Assembly (NCBI GenBank): GCA_963674745.2
Contig: CAXXDV010000001.1
Coordinates: 1,440,001-1,504,000, forward strand
Origin: Desulfosudaceae bacterium
GTDB taxonomy: Bacteria > Desulfobacterota > Desulfobacteria > Desulfobacterales > Desulfosudaceae
Direction of reading: 5' to 3'
DNA length: 64,000 bases
The position numbers and the translations under genes are program-made. The notes under the pieces were generated by a model. It saw nothing but the letters and a program-made list of their open reading frames with translations. It ran no database searches and was not told the origin of the DNA. Positions 42,447 to 52,050 of this stretch are shown here, piece by piece (position 1 is the first letter of the stretch; every line of letters starts with the position of its first letter).

Positions 42447-42475
42447 TATATACTATATTCTATTTGGTATGTCAA
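42447..42475 (-). promoter_or_regulatory. Sigma70 promoter of HigBA-like cassette (probably leaderless)
   Basis: TTGACA-17 nt-TATATA then 6 nt to ATG; no SD. Confidence 0.7.
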
Positions 42476-42609
42476 GGCTATTTTTCAGCCTAACGTCTCA
42501 AGCCAATGGCAGCCAGGGCTTCCACTGACTTGGTTAAAGAATTTAATTGTTCAACTCCCCCGACATTTCAAAACCCGAGTGCCCTGGCTGTCCACTTGAG
42601 CTTCTTGGT

Positions 42610-43319
42610 GTGTGCCGGGCACGGCACATGTTCTTAAAAGTGAGCCAAGGCTATCATATATTTGATAATTTTGGCAAGTCTTAGACCCAGCCTGATGGAG
42701 GCGAAGGGTGTAGCGGTAGTGCAACGGGGTACCGGTGACGGTGCTTCGGGAGGAAGCCGCCCTGCTGCGGAAGGGTACCGCGAAGGTACGGGATGACGCA
42801 CAGGAATCGAGTATAAGGCGCGCACGCCGGGACGAGTCTGCACAACAAGGCAAAGTCCTCTATCCATCTTAAGGCGTGTCCGTAAACTCGGCATTTACGT
42901 ACCGAAAGACACGTGCTTACCCCGGGAGATCTCTCCTGTGCCGTACAACGGCTGAGGGTCGGGTAACCGGCCCTGACCGCAGGGGAGAAGTCAGCAGAAG
43001 GCATAGTAGCCGGCGGAAACGAGCCGGGCCTCCCTTAAGCGGGAGAAGTATACCCGGAGGACTCACCCCGGTGAAGGCCGGAACGGTGCCCGGACCGAAT
43101 GGCACGGGTAAATGGTGGTGGCAAGTAAGGGAGTATCTCTTACGGGGATAATGCGGCAGCTGCCGAAATTCACGTAGCGAGCTTTCTCTGAAAACCCGGT
43201 GGAGCTGGTGGGATAACTCACAGCCGGTTTCATCAGTACCAGCCGAACCGCCTTGGTACGTGATCCGTATGCCAGGTGGTGTGGGAGGGGGTAGCCGTGA
43301 GGCTACTCCCTATCCCAAT
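42610..43319 (+). mobile_element. ORF-less group IIC-attC intron, copy 1 (710 nt)
   Basis: 5' GTGTG; DV GAACCGCC..GGTGGTG with CGC triad; DVI ending CCCAAT; splits attC core GT|TGGGGC; no RT ORF. Confidence 0.92.
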
Positions 43320-43334
43320 TGGGGCAAAAAAATA

Positions 43335-43372
43335 TTGACAATTCGCCCTTTATATGTACAATATGCTGTACA
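43335..43372 (+). promoter_or_regulatory. yefM-yoeB promoter/operator
   Basis: TTGACA-16 nt-TACAAT; two TGTACA palindromes 12 bp apart (43355, 43367). Confidence 0.8.
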
Positions 43373-43384
43373 GGAGGTGATGAA

Positions 43385-43636
43385 ATGGAAGCCATAACCT
43401 ATACAGCAGCAAGACAAAACCTTGCTAAAACAATGGAAAAAGTTTGTCGAGACCGTGCTCCGATGATTGTAACACGGAAGTCCTCGGAATCTGTAGTTAT
43501 TATGTCTCTTGAGGATTTTGAATCCCTTGAAGAGACAGCATATCTATTGCGGTCACCGAAAAACACAAGACGGCTGATTGAATCTATCGTCCAACTCGAA
43601 AATGGCAAAGGAGATGAAAAGGAGCTTATAGAGTGA
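43385..43636 (+). CDS. yefM: YefM antitoxin (cassette)
   Basis: MEAITYTAARQNLAKTM..SLEETAYLLRSPKN. Confidence 0.93.
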   Translation: MEAITYTAARQNLAKTMEKVCRDRAPMIVTRKSSESVVIMSLEDFESLEETAYLLRSPKNTRRLIESIVQLENGKGDEKELIE

Positions 43637-43887
43637 AGCTCATTTTTTCTGACCATGCCTGGGACGATTACATCTATTGGCAAAAAACGGACAAAAAAAT
43701 TCTTCGCCGTATCAACACCCTCATTAAGGAAACTAAACGCAGCCCTTTTGAGGGTGTTGGCAAACCTGAACCTTTGAAACATGCGCTTTCCGGCTACTGG
43801 TCCAGGCGAATCAATGACGAGCATAGATTCATTTATAAGGTTTCTGATGATGCAATTTTGATTGCTCAATTGAGATACCACTACTGA
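43633..43887 (+). CDS. yoeB: YoeB/Txe toxin (cassette)
   Basis: AWDDYIYW..GKPEPLK..WSRRINDEHR..RYHY. Confidence 0.95.
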   Translation: MKLIFSDHAWDDYIYWQKTDKKILRRINTLIKETKRSPFEGVGKPEPLKHALSGYWSRRINDEHRFIYKVSDDAILIAQLRYHY

Positions 43888-44022
43888 TCTTTCTTGTAGC
43901 CCCAACGGCGGCCGCCAATGGGAGCCAGGGCTTCCACTGACTTGCCTTAAAGTCGGTTAATGTTCGTTTTCCCCCGAATTGTTCAAAACCCGAATGCCCT
44001 GGCGATCCATTGCGCGGCCTTG

Positions 44023-44496
44023 TTAAGCGCCCATTTTCTTAATAGTATTTCGTCTTAATATGAAAAGCGTTTTCAATATAAAGAACAACACAAAGCTGAA
44101 AAAAAATCCGTTGGCTAATAATCCCACTGCAGCAAGTATTTGAGTCCTTTGGTTGAATTGTCTTTGTCCTATTGCATGATCTAATAATGGCTGGTAGATC
44201 CATTTCTGTTGTAAAGGCCTCAAGGCAGGACCAAAAGGTAAAGATAAAACAAACGAAAGATAATATGTGGAACGAATCTCGTTTTTAAAATTAACTTTCA
44301 AATTCTGGATTTCATTTTCTTCGAATTCTGGTTGTTCGATGGATTTTAAAAAAAGAGAGCCAACTTTCTTCCCGGCCAAATTCCCATGATAAATCGATAT
44401 GGAAAGGCTCATCAAAATATGAAGGAAAGCGATTGAGGCAATAATTACTATCTGTTTTGAATTGTATCTCATGTCATGCTTGGGAGCTATTGTCAT
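44023..44496 (-). CDS. Cassette membrane protein, unknown function
   Basis: Fills cassette; stop TAA inside R'' box. Confidence 0.7.
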   Translation of the reverse strand: MTIAPKHDMRYNSKQIVIIASIAFLHILMSLSISIYHGNLAGKKVGSLFLKSIEQPEFEENEIQNLKVNFKNEIRSTYYLSFVLSLPFGPALRPLQQKWIYQPLLDHAIGQRQFNQRTQILAAVGLLANGFFFSFVLFFILKTLFILRRNTIKKMGA

Positions 44497-44512
44497 ATTT
44501 TTGGCGCTTAAC

Positions 44513-44728
44513 GAGTCTGTAGGAAAAGTCTATTTTCGATAAATTTTATCTTTTTTCAGAAAAACACCTTCGTAGAATATATTTTATACTAAAACATAAA
44601 ATCCTTGCAAACCATCTATTTTAGATGGCTTCACAGAGATCATACAAAATCTTATATAACTTTCAGTTTTTCAAAAATTGGCGACAAAACCCTATGTTTT
44701 ACTCAAATTTTACTTTTTCTACAGCCTC
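44513..44728. mobile_element. 216-bp attC-associated MITE-like element, copy A
   Basis: TIRs GAGTCTGTAGGAAAAGT / ACTTTTTCTACAGCCTC; flanks AAC..ATC; 2 substitutions vs other copies. Confidence 0.8.
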
Positions 44729-44848
44729 ATCGTCGGAAGCCAGAGGCAGCCAGGGCTTTCTCGGACTGCCTTAATGATGATTAATGTTCATTTCCCCCAG
44801 GTTGCTCAAAATCCGACTGCCCTGGCTGTCCTTTCTGAGCTTCCTGGT

Positions 44849-45558
44849 GTGTGCCGGGCACGGCACATGTTCTTAAAAGTGAGCCAAGGCTATCATATAT
44901 TTGATAATTTTGGCAAGTCTTAGACCCAGCCTGATGGAGGCGAAGGGTGTAGCGGTAGTGCAACGGGGTGCCAGGGACGGTGCTTCGGGAGGAAGCCGCC
45001 CTGCTGCGGCAGGGTACCGCGAAGGTACGGGATGACGCACAGGAATCGAGTATAAGGCGCGCACGCCGGGACGAGCCTGCACCACAAGGCAAAGTCCTCT
45101 ATCCATCTTAAGGCGTGTCCGTAAACTTGGCATTTACGTACCGAAAGACACGTGCTTACCCCGGGAGATCTCTCCTGTGCCGTACAACGGCTGAGGGTCG
45201 GGTAACCGGCCCTGACCGCAGGGGAGAAGTCAGCAGAAGGCATAGTAGCCGGCGGAAACGAGCCGGGCCTCCCTTAAGCGGGAGAAGTATACCCGGAGGA
45301 CTCACCCCGGTGAAGGCCGGAACGGTGCCCGGACCGAATGGCACGGGTAAATGGTGGTGGCAAGTAAGGGAGTATCTCTTACGGGGATAATGCGGCAGCT
45401 GCCGAAATTCACGTAGCGAGCTTTCTCTGAAAACCCGGTGGAACTGGTGGGATAACTCACAGCCGGTTTCATCAGTACCAGCCGAACCGCCTTGGTACGT
45501 GATCCGTATGCCAGGTGGTGTGGGAGGGGGTAGCCGTGAGGCTACTCCCTATCCCAAT
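44849..45558 (+). mobile_element. ORF-less group IIC-attC intron, copy 2 (710 nt)
   Basis: About 8 substitutions vs copy 1; splits GT|TAAGCGG core. Confidence 0.92.
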
Positions 45559-46187
45559 TAAGCGGCATGTGGCTTTGGTGGTACGGGTACGCCCAGATGT
45601 CGTGCAGCTATTCGTGCCAAGCGACCGATGTTTTGGTTCGACGATAAGGAGACTTCCCGCAGCAGGGCTGTTGCAGTCTCCGAATTCCCAGAATGGTGAA
45701 GAATAGCAGCGAGAGAGACCCTCCTTCGGGGTGGTGTGAAGCAATCAAGGAGCCCAAGATTCCAGCGCTCAATGATCGAATGACGATCAGATAAATCGGA
45801 AAGGAATGGAAGGACGTTATTCACCAGGGAGGATTCTATCTCTTCCACAGCCTGTTCGAAACTGGACTCAGAGAGTGTCCACCAGTGATCGGTGCCATGC
45901 GGTTCAAGTACTCCAATTCGTGCACGGATCTCACATTCGGGCTCCGCGACAAACTCTGGTGATGCATCTGCGCCTTTTAAAGCCAGTGCAACTTCCGGGA
46001 TATAGACACCGATATTTATCGTGCACCTACCAGGAGGCCTTCTGCTGAGCTGCAGCTCGATTACATGAACGAGTTTCGCAGGAAGCGCGCGGTTGTAGGT
46101 GCGCCCTTTTCTGACAAACCCGTTACTTTGGAAGGTCCGCCCAAGCCGAGTCTGAAGCCGAGTTGCTATCTGTTGATGAGAACCCAT
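45558..46187 (-). CDS. DUF4304-like cassette protein
   Basis: GFVRKGRTY..VIELQLS..CTINIGVYIP..RIG..WW pattern; GC-richer than neighbours. Confidence 0.65.
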   Translation of the reverse strand: MGSHQQIATRLQTRLGRTFQSNGFVRKGRTYNRALPAKLVHVIELQLSRRPPGRCTINIGVYIPEVALALKGADASPEFVAEPECEIRARIGVLEPHGTDHWWTLSESSFEQAVEEIESSLVNNVLPFLSDLSDRHSIIERWNLGLLDCFTPPRRRVSLAAILHHSGNSETATALLREVSLSSNQNIGRLARIAARHLGVPVPPKPHAA

Positions 46188-46343
46188 ATTTGTTCTGATT
46201 CCAACTCCTTCAGCCGCTTAACGTCCGCCACCACCGGCGAGCAGGGGATGCGGACTTCGCTAAAGTGAGTTCAACTCTAAATTACGCCAAAGCTAAAAAC
46301 AGCCCGCCCCTGCGAGTCAGCGTGGGTGGCGTTGTTAGAAACA

Positions 46344-46934
46344 TTATTTAAATCCTAATACCAAAACAACAAATTCCTTGTGATCTTCAAGCAGTTCTAT
46401 GAATGGAATAATATTTTGATCCTCGAATTTAAAAGGTAACCGGCGTTCGTAATTATTTTTTCTTGGAATTTCCATTGTTATACTTAGGAGCGTTGAATTT
46501 AATGGTTTATAAACCATGTCTGGCAAATTGATAGTTACTGAACTTTCAGCCAAATTAATCACTTTTGCTGTTTCCCAATTTATTAAAAACTCGGTACCAT
46601 AATTAAAACCTTTTGGAACATGAATATCTGTACTGTCGGCTGCAAAAACTGCGTATCCTAGGGGGTATTTATTTTTCAACTCATTTTCTTGTATTTCTTT
46701 ACGCGAAAGGTCTTGCTGGAAGTAATTGTTGATTGTTATTTGATTAGCTGTGATTCCGCCTTGTTGTTCTTTTGAGTTCACAATATTCTCAGCAATGAAA
46801 GCTTTAGGTTCTTTCATAGAGACTGTAGAATTATTCTCGCTCTTATTGGGCATAATATGCCAGCCATAGCCAGCCAGGACACCACCAAGAAGGATCAATA
46901 ACCCGCCAATTATTATGTAAGCCCAAGCATGCAT
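46344..46934 (-). CDS. Cassette protein with N-terminal TM anchor
   Basis: Fills cassette between attCs. Confidence 0.7.
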   Translation of the reverse strand: MHAWAYIIIGGLLILLGGVLAGYGWHIMPNKSENNSTVSMKEPKAFIAENIVNSKEQQGGITANQITINNYFQQDLSRKEIQENELKNKYPLGYAVFAADSTDIHVPKGFNYGTEFLINWETAKVINLAESSVTINLPDMVYKPLNSTLLSITMEIPRKNNYERRLPFKFEDQNIIPFIELLEDHKEFVVLVLGFK

Positions 46935-46962
46935 GATATTTTTATCCTACTCCGGTTTCTAA

Positions 46963-47770
46963 CGTCTGCAGCCAAAGTAGCCAGGGCTTCCAGTGACTGC
47001 CTTTAAGATGGTTGATGTTCAATTTCCCCCGAATGTTCAAAAACCGAATGCCCTGGCTATCATTTGGGCTGCTTGGTTAAGTGCCCGCATTATTCTGAAA
47101 GACTTTAACGACAGCATGGGCAAATAAATTAAATTATTTTTTTTCTTTTTACGCCTTGTCCATCATGAACCTATGAAAACGGGCCGGTCTCTTTTCATCC
47201 GGACAAATATGGCGCATTATCATTCGGCAGCGCCAGTTCGAGATTACAATTTATCTTTACTGGACAAAAATATCAACTTGGTGACAATTACAATTTTGGC
47301 AACGAATATCGATTTCAGCCAAAATTCTTTTTTTATTTGTTTCCCGTACAGATTCAGTGCACTTAACGTCTGCAGCCAAAGTAGCCAGGGCTTCCAGTGA
47401 CTGACTTTAAGGTGGTTGATGTTCAATTTCCCCCGAATGATCAAAACCCTAATGCCCTGGCTATCATTTGGGCTGCTTGGTTAAGTGCCCGTATCATTCA
47501 GAAAGGCTTTAACGACAGCATGGACAAAATAATAAAATGATTTTTTCTTTTTACGACTTGCCCATCATGAACCTATGAAAACGGGCAGGTCACTTTTCAT
47601 CCGGACAAATAAAGGCGCATTATCATCTGGCCGCGCCAGTTCAAAAATACAATTTATCGTTACTGACCGAAAAATTCAACTTGGTGACAATTACCATTTT
47701 GGCAACGAATATCGTTTTCAGCCAAAATTCATTTTTTTATTTTTTCCCCGTAAAGAATTTGTGCACTTAA
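46963..47770 (-). repeat. Gene-less ~404-bp cassette, copies 1-2 (46963-47366, 47367-47770)
   Basis: Body bounded by GTTAAGTGC..GCACTTAAC with near-identical attC; no conserved long ORF. Confidence 0.85.
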
Positions 47771-47819
47771 CGTCCGCCACCACCGGCGAGCAGGGTTTGC
47801 GGACTTTTTAAGGGTTAGT

Positions 47820-48407
47820 TCAACACCACACTATGCTAAAACTAAGGCAGGCCGCCCCTGCGAGTCCGTGTGAGTGGCGTTGTTGTGCAGCCGCATTAAC
47901 TTTTTTAAAAATTATACTATAGATTTCTATACCAATCGATTTGGCTTGGCTTTGTATGCTCTCTTTAATATTTTCGTACATATGATTTGAATAGTTGCAA
48001 TCGCTTTCCTGTCCCTCAGCGATTTGTGCAATCTTATCAGTTTCAATGTTCTTTAGCGCCTTTTGAAATTTATCTGAGAGACTATCTAAAACTATTTTTA
48101 TGTCTTTATCTCGAGTGGCATAATAAAAAGCCTTTGGCTCTTGGATTTTCCAGAGAATAGAAGCAGTATATTCAGGAAAACTGTTTAATTTTATCGGTAT
48201 TTGTTCAATTCTGCATACTTTAAATTCATGAACGTTTTCGGCAAAAGGTAATTTAAAATGAAGCCCGGGTTTAACAGGGCCTCTAACTATTTCTCCCTTT
48301 TGAGTAATGATAGCTTCACTACCTTCCATCACAGTGTAAACCGGTGAACCTGACCCACAAGCATAAAGAGTTAAGCACGGAATTAAGATTAATAATATTT
48401 TTCGCAT
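47820..48407 (-). CDS. SPFH/HflC-like domain lipoprotein (cassette)
   Basis: LYAC lipobox-like; YTVMEGSEAIITQKGEIV..PGLHFKLPF; reads into attC. Confidence 0.65.
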   Translation of the reverse strand: MRKILLILIPCLTLYACGSGSPVYTVMEGSEAIITQKGEIVRGPVKPGLHFKLPFAENVHEFKVCRIEQIPIKLNSFPEYTASILWKIQEPKAFYYATRDKDIKIVLDSLSDKFQKALKNIETDKIAQIAEGQESDCNYSNHMYENIKESIQSQAKSIGIEIYSIIFKKVNAAAQQRHSHGLAGAACLSFSIVWC

Positions 48408-48544
48408 AGAATACCGTTTTATGCTGCACAACGTCCGCCACCACCTGCGAGCAGGGAATGCGGTCTTCGCTAAAGTGAGTTTAACACCAAACTACGCCAA
48501 AGCCAAAAACAGCCCACCCCTGCGAGTCTGTGTGAGTGGCGTTG

Positions 48545-48973
48545 TTATACCTTTTCTCTTTTTTTCTTTAAAGTCGCTAATGAATTCACTATTGCTGCTA
48601 CAAGAAAGACGCCGCTTAGAAACAGCAATATTGGACATGAAATCATGACGAATTTCTCAGCAGGTGAATTGGGTACGACAGAAATGGAGGAAATTACAAG
48701 AAAGGGAATAAAACAAAGGAAGAAACCCGCCCAAAAGGAATGCTGCTTATGTTTCCCTGATTCCATATATTAAACCTTTTCAAATGTATAAAACATTCAT
48801 CCAAAACAAGATAACATTAAAACAACCCCATGACACGCAAAACCACCAATCAGGAATTTAATGGCGCTTGGCCTTTTCTGATCATTTATTTGTTCTAAAA
48901 GGACTTCTGCAATTCCAATAAATTCTAAAACTATTCCACAGACAGTCAGGATTATAACAAAAGGTATATCCAT
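48545..48973 (-). pseudogene. Disrupted membrane-protein cassette gene
   Basis: ATG 48973 (MDIPFVII..) is in frame with ORF 48545..48766 but interrupted by TGA (48797-48799) and TAA (48770-48772). Confidence 0.55.
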
Positions 48974-48993
48974 ATTCTTTTAGGTCGGTATAA

Positions 48994-49399
48994 CGTTTGC
49001 AGCCAAAGTAGCCAGGGCTTCCAGTGACTGACTTTAAGGTGGTTGACGTTCAATTTCCCCCGAATGTTCAAAACCCGAATGCCCTGGCTATCATTTGGGC
49101 TGCTTGGTTAAGTGCCCGCATTATTCAGAAAGACTTTAACGACAGCATGGGCAAATAAAATAAAATGATATTTTTCTTTTTACGCCTTGTCCATCATGAA
49201 CTTATGAAAACGGGTAGGTCTCTTTTCATCCGGACAAATAAAGGCGCATTATCATTTGGCCACGCCAGTTCGAAATTACAATTTATCTTTACTGGACAAA
49301 AATATCAACTTGGTGACAATTACCATTTTGGCAACGAATGGCGATTTCAGCCAAAATTCTTTTTTTTATTTTTTCCACGTACAGATTTAGTGCACTTAA
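48994..49399 (-). repeat. Gene-less cassette copy 3
   Basis: Homologous to 46963-47366. Confidence 0.85.
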
Positions 49400-49511
49400 C
49401 GTCCACCGTCACTTGGGAGCAGGGGAAACGTGACTTTTGCAACGCCACGTTAACACCGAACCAGAATACATTAAAAGCAGCGCGCCCCTGCGAGTCAAGT
49501 GCATGGTGTTG

Positions 49512-49904
49512 TTAGGCAGCATTTCCTTTTTTAGAAGCCAAAACTCCGAGTCCGCCGATTAAGGCTACCAGACTCCAAACATAAGGCGCTGGAGTTTCCC
49601 ACATGACATTGCTGCCCCAGAGGCCGAGCCCTATTCCAAGGCAAGCAAAGCCTGCACTCATACCTGTGGCAACAACTGCCATCGCGACATGGCCTGGTCT
49701 GATAGATGCGTACACATACATAATGATAATGGCAGCAACGGATACTGAACCCACATGCCACGAGAAGTGATGTAACCAGATTACTTCATTAGGTATATCG
49801 GTCATGGAGAGGGGCGGTAGCACCATCGGTGCGCCAAGAAACTCATGTCCAACAACGCCAGCGAATGATAGTGCTGCTGCAATGCGAAAAAACCAGAATG
49901 ACAT
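49512..49904 (-). CDS. Four-TM cassette membrane protein
   Basis: AGGAG RBS; stop in R'' box. Confidence 0.75.
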   Translation of the reverse strand: MSFWFFRIAAALSFAGVVGHEFLGAPMVLPPLSMTDIPNEVIWLHHFSWHVGSVSVAAIIIMYVYASIRPGHVAMAVVATGMSAGFACLGIGLGLWGSNVMWETPAPYVWSLVALIGGLGVLASKKGNAA

Positions 49905-49934
49905 ATTACATACTCCTGCTGATTAATGCCTAAC

Positions 49935-50150
49935 GAGTCTGTAGGAAAAGTCTATTTTCGATAAATTTTATCTTTTTTCAGAAAAACACCTTCGTAGAAT
50001 ATATTTTATACTAAAACATAAAATCCTTGCAAACCATCTATTTTAGATGGCTTCACAGAGATCATACAAAATCTTATATAACTTTCAGGTTTTCAAAAAT
50101 TGGCGGCAAAACCCTATGTTTTACTCAAATTTTACTTTTTCTACAGCCTC
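49935..50150. mobile_element. 216-bp MITE-like element, copy B
   Basis: Same TIRs; AAC on both sides at attC R'. Confidence 0.85.
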
Positions 50151-50265
50151 AACGTCCGCCACCACCGGCGAGCAGGGTTTGCGGACTTCTTTAAATGTCA
50201 GTTCAACACCACACTATGCCAAAACTAAGGCAGGGCGCCCCTGCGAGTCTGTGTGAGTGGCGTTG

Positions 50266-50601
50266 TTATAATCCATTTGTATTTATCATTTTTAAGCCCC
50301 CTACAATAAAAAGGATAAACAAAGAAGAAAATAGGGCCAAATAAAAAAATTGGTATCCTCTTAATATTTTGCAATATTTCAAAAGAGTAAGATTGTCTAT
50401 ATCAGTATATTGCTTTTTCCAAATGAATTTATGAAGTTTGTAAATAGTAGGCAGGGAATTGAACATAATATATATCTGCGGGCTCCCAATTGAAACCCAA
50501 GTATCATCATGTGACTGCCTCAGAATTGTGATTGTTTTCCATCTGAAGTATTCACCAAACAATAAAATAACTATCAAAATTATTATGATCAGATCTATCA
50601 T
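50266..50601 (-). CDS. Small two-TM cassette protein
   Basis: Fills cassette. Confidence 0.65.
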   Translation of the reverse strand: MIDLIIIILIVILLFGEYFRWKTITILRQSHDDTWVSIGSPQIYIMFNSLPTIYKLHKFIWKKQYTDIDNLTLLKYCKILRGYQFFYLALFSSLFILFIVGGLKMINTNGL

Positions 50602-50746
50602 TGATTTGGATTATAACGGCTGCCGCCAATGGGAGCCAGGGCTTCCACTGACTTGCCTTAATATTGGTTAAAGTTTGTTTTCCCCCGAATGGTCAAAATC
50701 CGGGTGCCCTGGCTCTCCTTTGGGCGGCATGGTTATGCGGGTTTTT

Positions 50747-51061
50747 TTATTCACCATTTTTGATTGCCTGCTTAATAATTGGAGCGACTGTATCTGGGCT
50801 TATCCTCCGGTCTTTGCAATATTTAGACTGCAACCAGACTGATAATTGCTTCTGTCCTTTACTTGCATTGCAACCTCGACAGCAAAGAACAATATTTTCT
50901 CTTGTAATAATTTTCGCATCATTGATTATATGTTCCCAACTTGCAGCAGATTTTGCAGATATCTTTGCTGGGGTAAATTCAACGCCGCAATAAACACACT
51001 TTTTATCCCTTTCCCTTACTTCCTTTTCAAGCCACTCTGGAATATTCCAATTATTTGCCAT
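50747..51061 (-). CDS. HNH endonuclease (cassette)
   Basis: VRERDKKCVYCG..WEHII..NIVLCCRGCNASKG. Confidence 0.88.
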   Translation of the reverse strand: MANNWNIPEWLEKEVRERDKKCVYCGVEFTPAKISAKSAASWEHIINDAKIITRENIVLCCRGCNASKGQKQLSVWLQSKYCKDRRISPDTVAPIIKQAIKNGE

Positions 51062-51218
51062 GAGAGATCGATGTATTGTTACGCATAACGTCTTCAGCCA
51101 AAGGGCGCCAGGGCTTCCTCCGACTGACTTAAAGATGGTTAAAATTTCAACTCAGCATGGCTGTTCAAAACCCGGGTGCCCTGGCGATCCTATTGCGCTG
51201 AATTGTTCGGTGCCGATT

Positions 51219-51629
51219 TTAGTTTCCGAAAAACAACTCTTTTGTCTCATAAAGCTTAGAACTATGTTTCCATCCAGACTCATGAGGTGGATCAGGGAAA
51301 GGGGCCTTTGCATAACCACAAGATTCCTTGAAATTAAATACAGCATGTGGAACTTGATTGATCAATAAGGCTGCTGCAGAAAAATCCCTCGTCCATATAA
51401 TTTTAATCATGGATGGTTTATCTCGGTCTATTACATCCTTAACATTGTATATATGTAGAGCATCTACGAAAAATTGACCAGAGAGAGAATAATCTCGCGC
51501 ATAAAAATAGCCTGTCTCACCATCATCTTCAAAGACAACTCCACGAATCCCATCAGATGTATCCGATTCAAGGACGATTTCTTCCCCGACCACGATTTCT
51601 TCTTCTACACCCAAAAATGGTGGCTTCAT
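51219..51629 (-). CDS. DUF2251-like cassette protein
   Basis: VVFEDDGETGYFYA..DALHIYNV..HAVFNF. Confidence 0.7.
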   Translation of the reverse strand: MKPPFLGVEEEIVVGEEIVLESDTSDGIRGVVFEDDGETGYFYARDYSLSGQFFVDALHIYNVKDVIDRDKPSMIKIIWTRDFSAAALLINQVPHAVFNFKESCGYAKAPFPDPPHESGWKHSSKLYETKELFFGN

Positions 51630-51644
51630 ATTTTATGCACCGAA

Positions 51645-52049
51645 CGTCTGCAGCCAAAGTAGCCAGGGCTTCCAGTGACTGACTTTAAGGTGGTTGATGT
51701 TCAATTTCCCCCGAATGTTCAAAAGCCGAATGCCCTGGCTATCATTTGGGCTGCTTGGTTAAGTGCCCGCATTATTCAGAAAGACTTTAACGACAGCATG
51801 GGCAAATAAATAAAATTAATTTTTTTCTTTTTACGCCTTGTCCATCATGAACTTATAAAAACGGGCAGGTCTCTTTTCATCCGGACAAATAAAGGCGCAT
51901 TATCATCTGGCCGCGCCAGTTCGAAATTACAATTTATCTTTACTGGACAAAAATATCAACTTGGTGACAATTATAATTTTGGCAACGAATGTCGAATTCA
52001 GCCAAAATTCTTTTTTTATTTTTTTCTCGTACAAATTCAGTGCACTTAA
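51645..52049 (-). repeat. Gene-less cassette copy 4
   Basis: Homologous to 46963-47366. Confidence 0.85.
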
Positions 52050-52050
52050 C

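Noticed and set aside
42551..45744. ORFs overlapping the two intron copies (e.g. 42681..43004, 42876..43151, 44920..45243)
   Set aside because: No RT motifs; they overlap structured intron domains and are duplicated only because the intron is
49935..50150. The 216-bp element as an ordinary attC-bearing cassette
   Set aside because: Its inverted repeat spans the whole element and no complementary GTT/AAC R-box pair closes it
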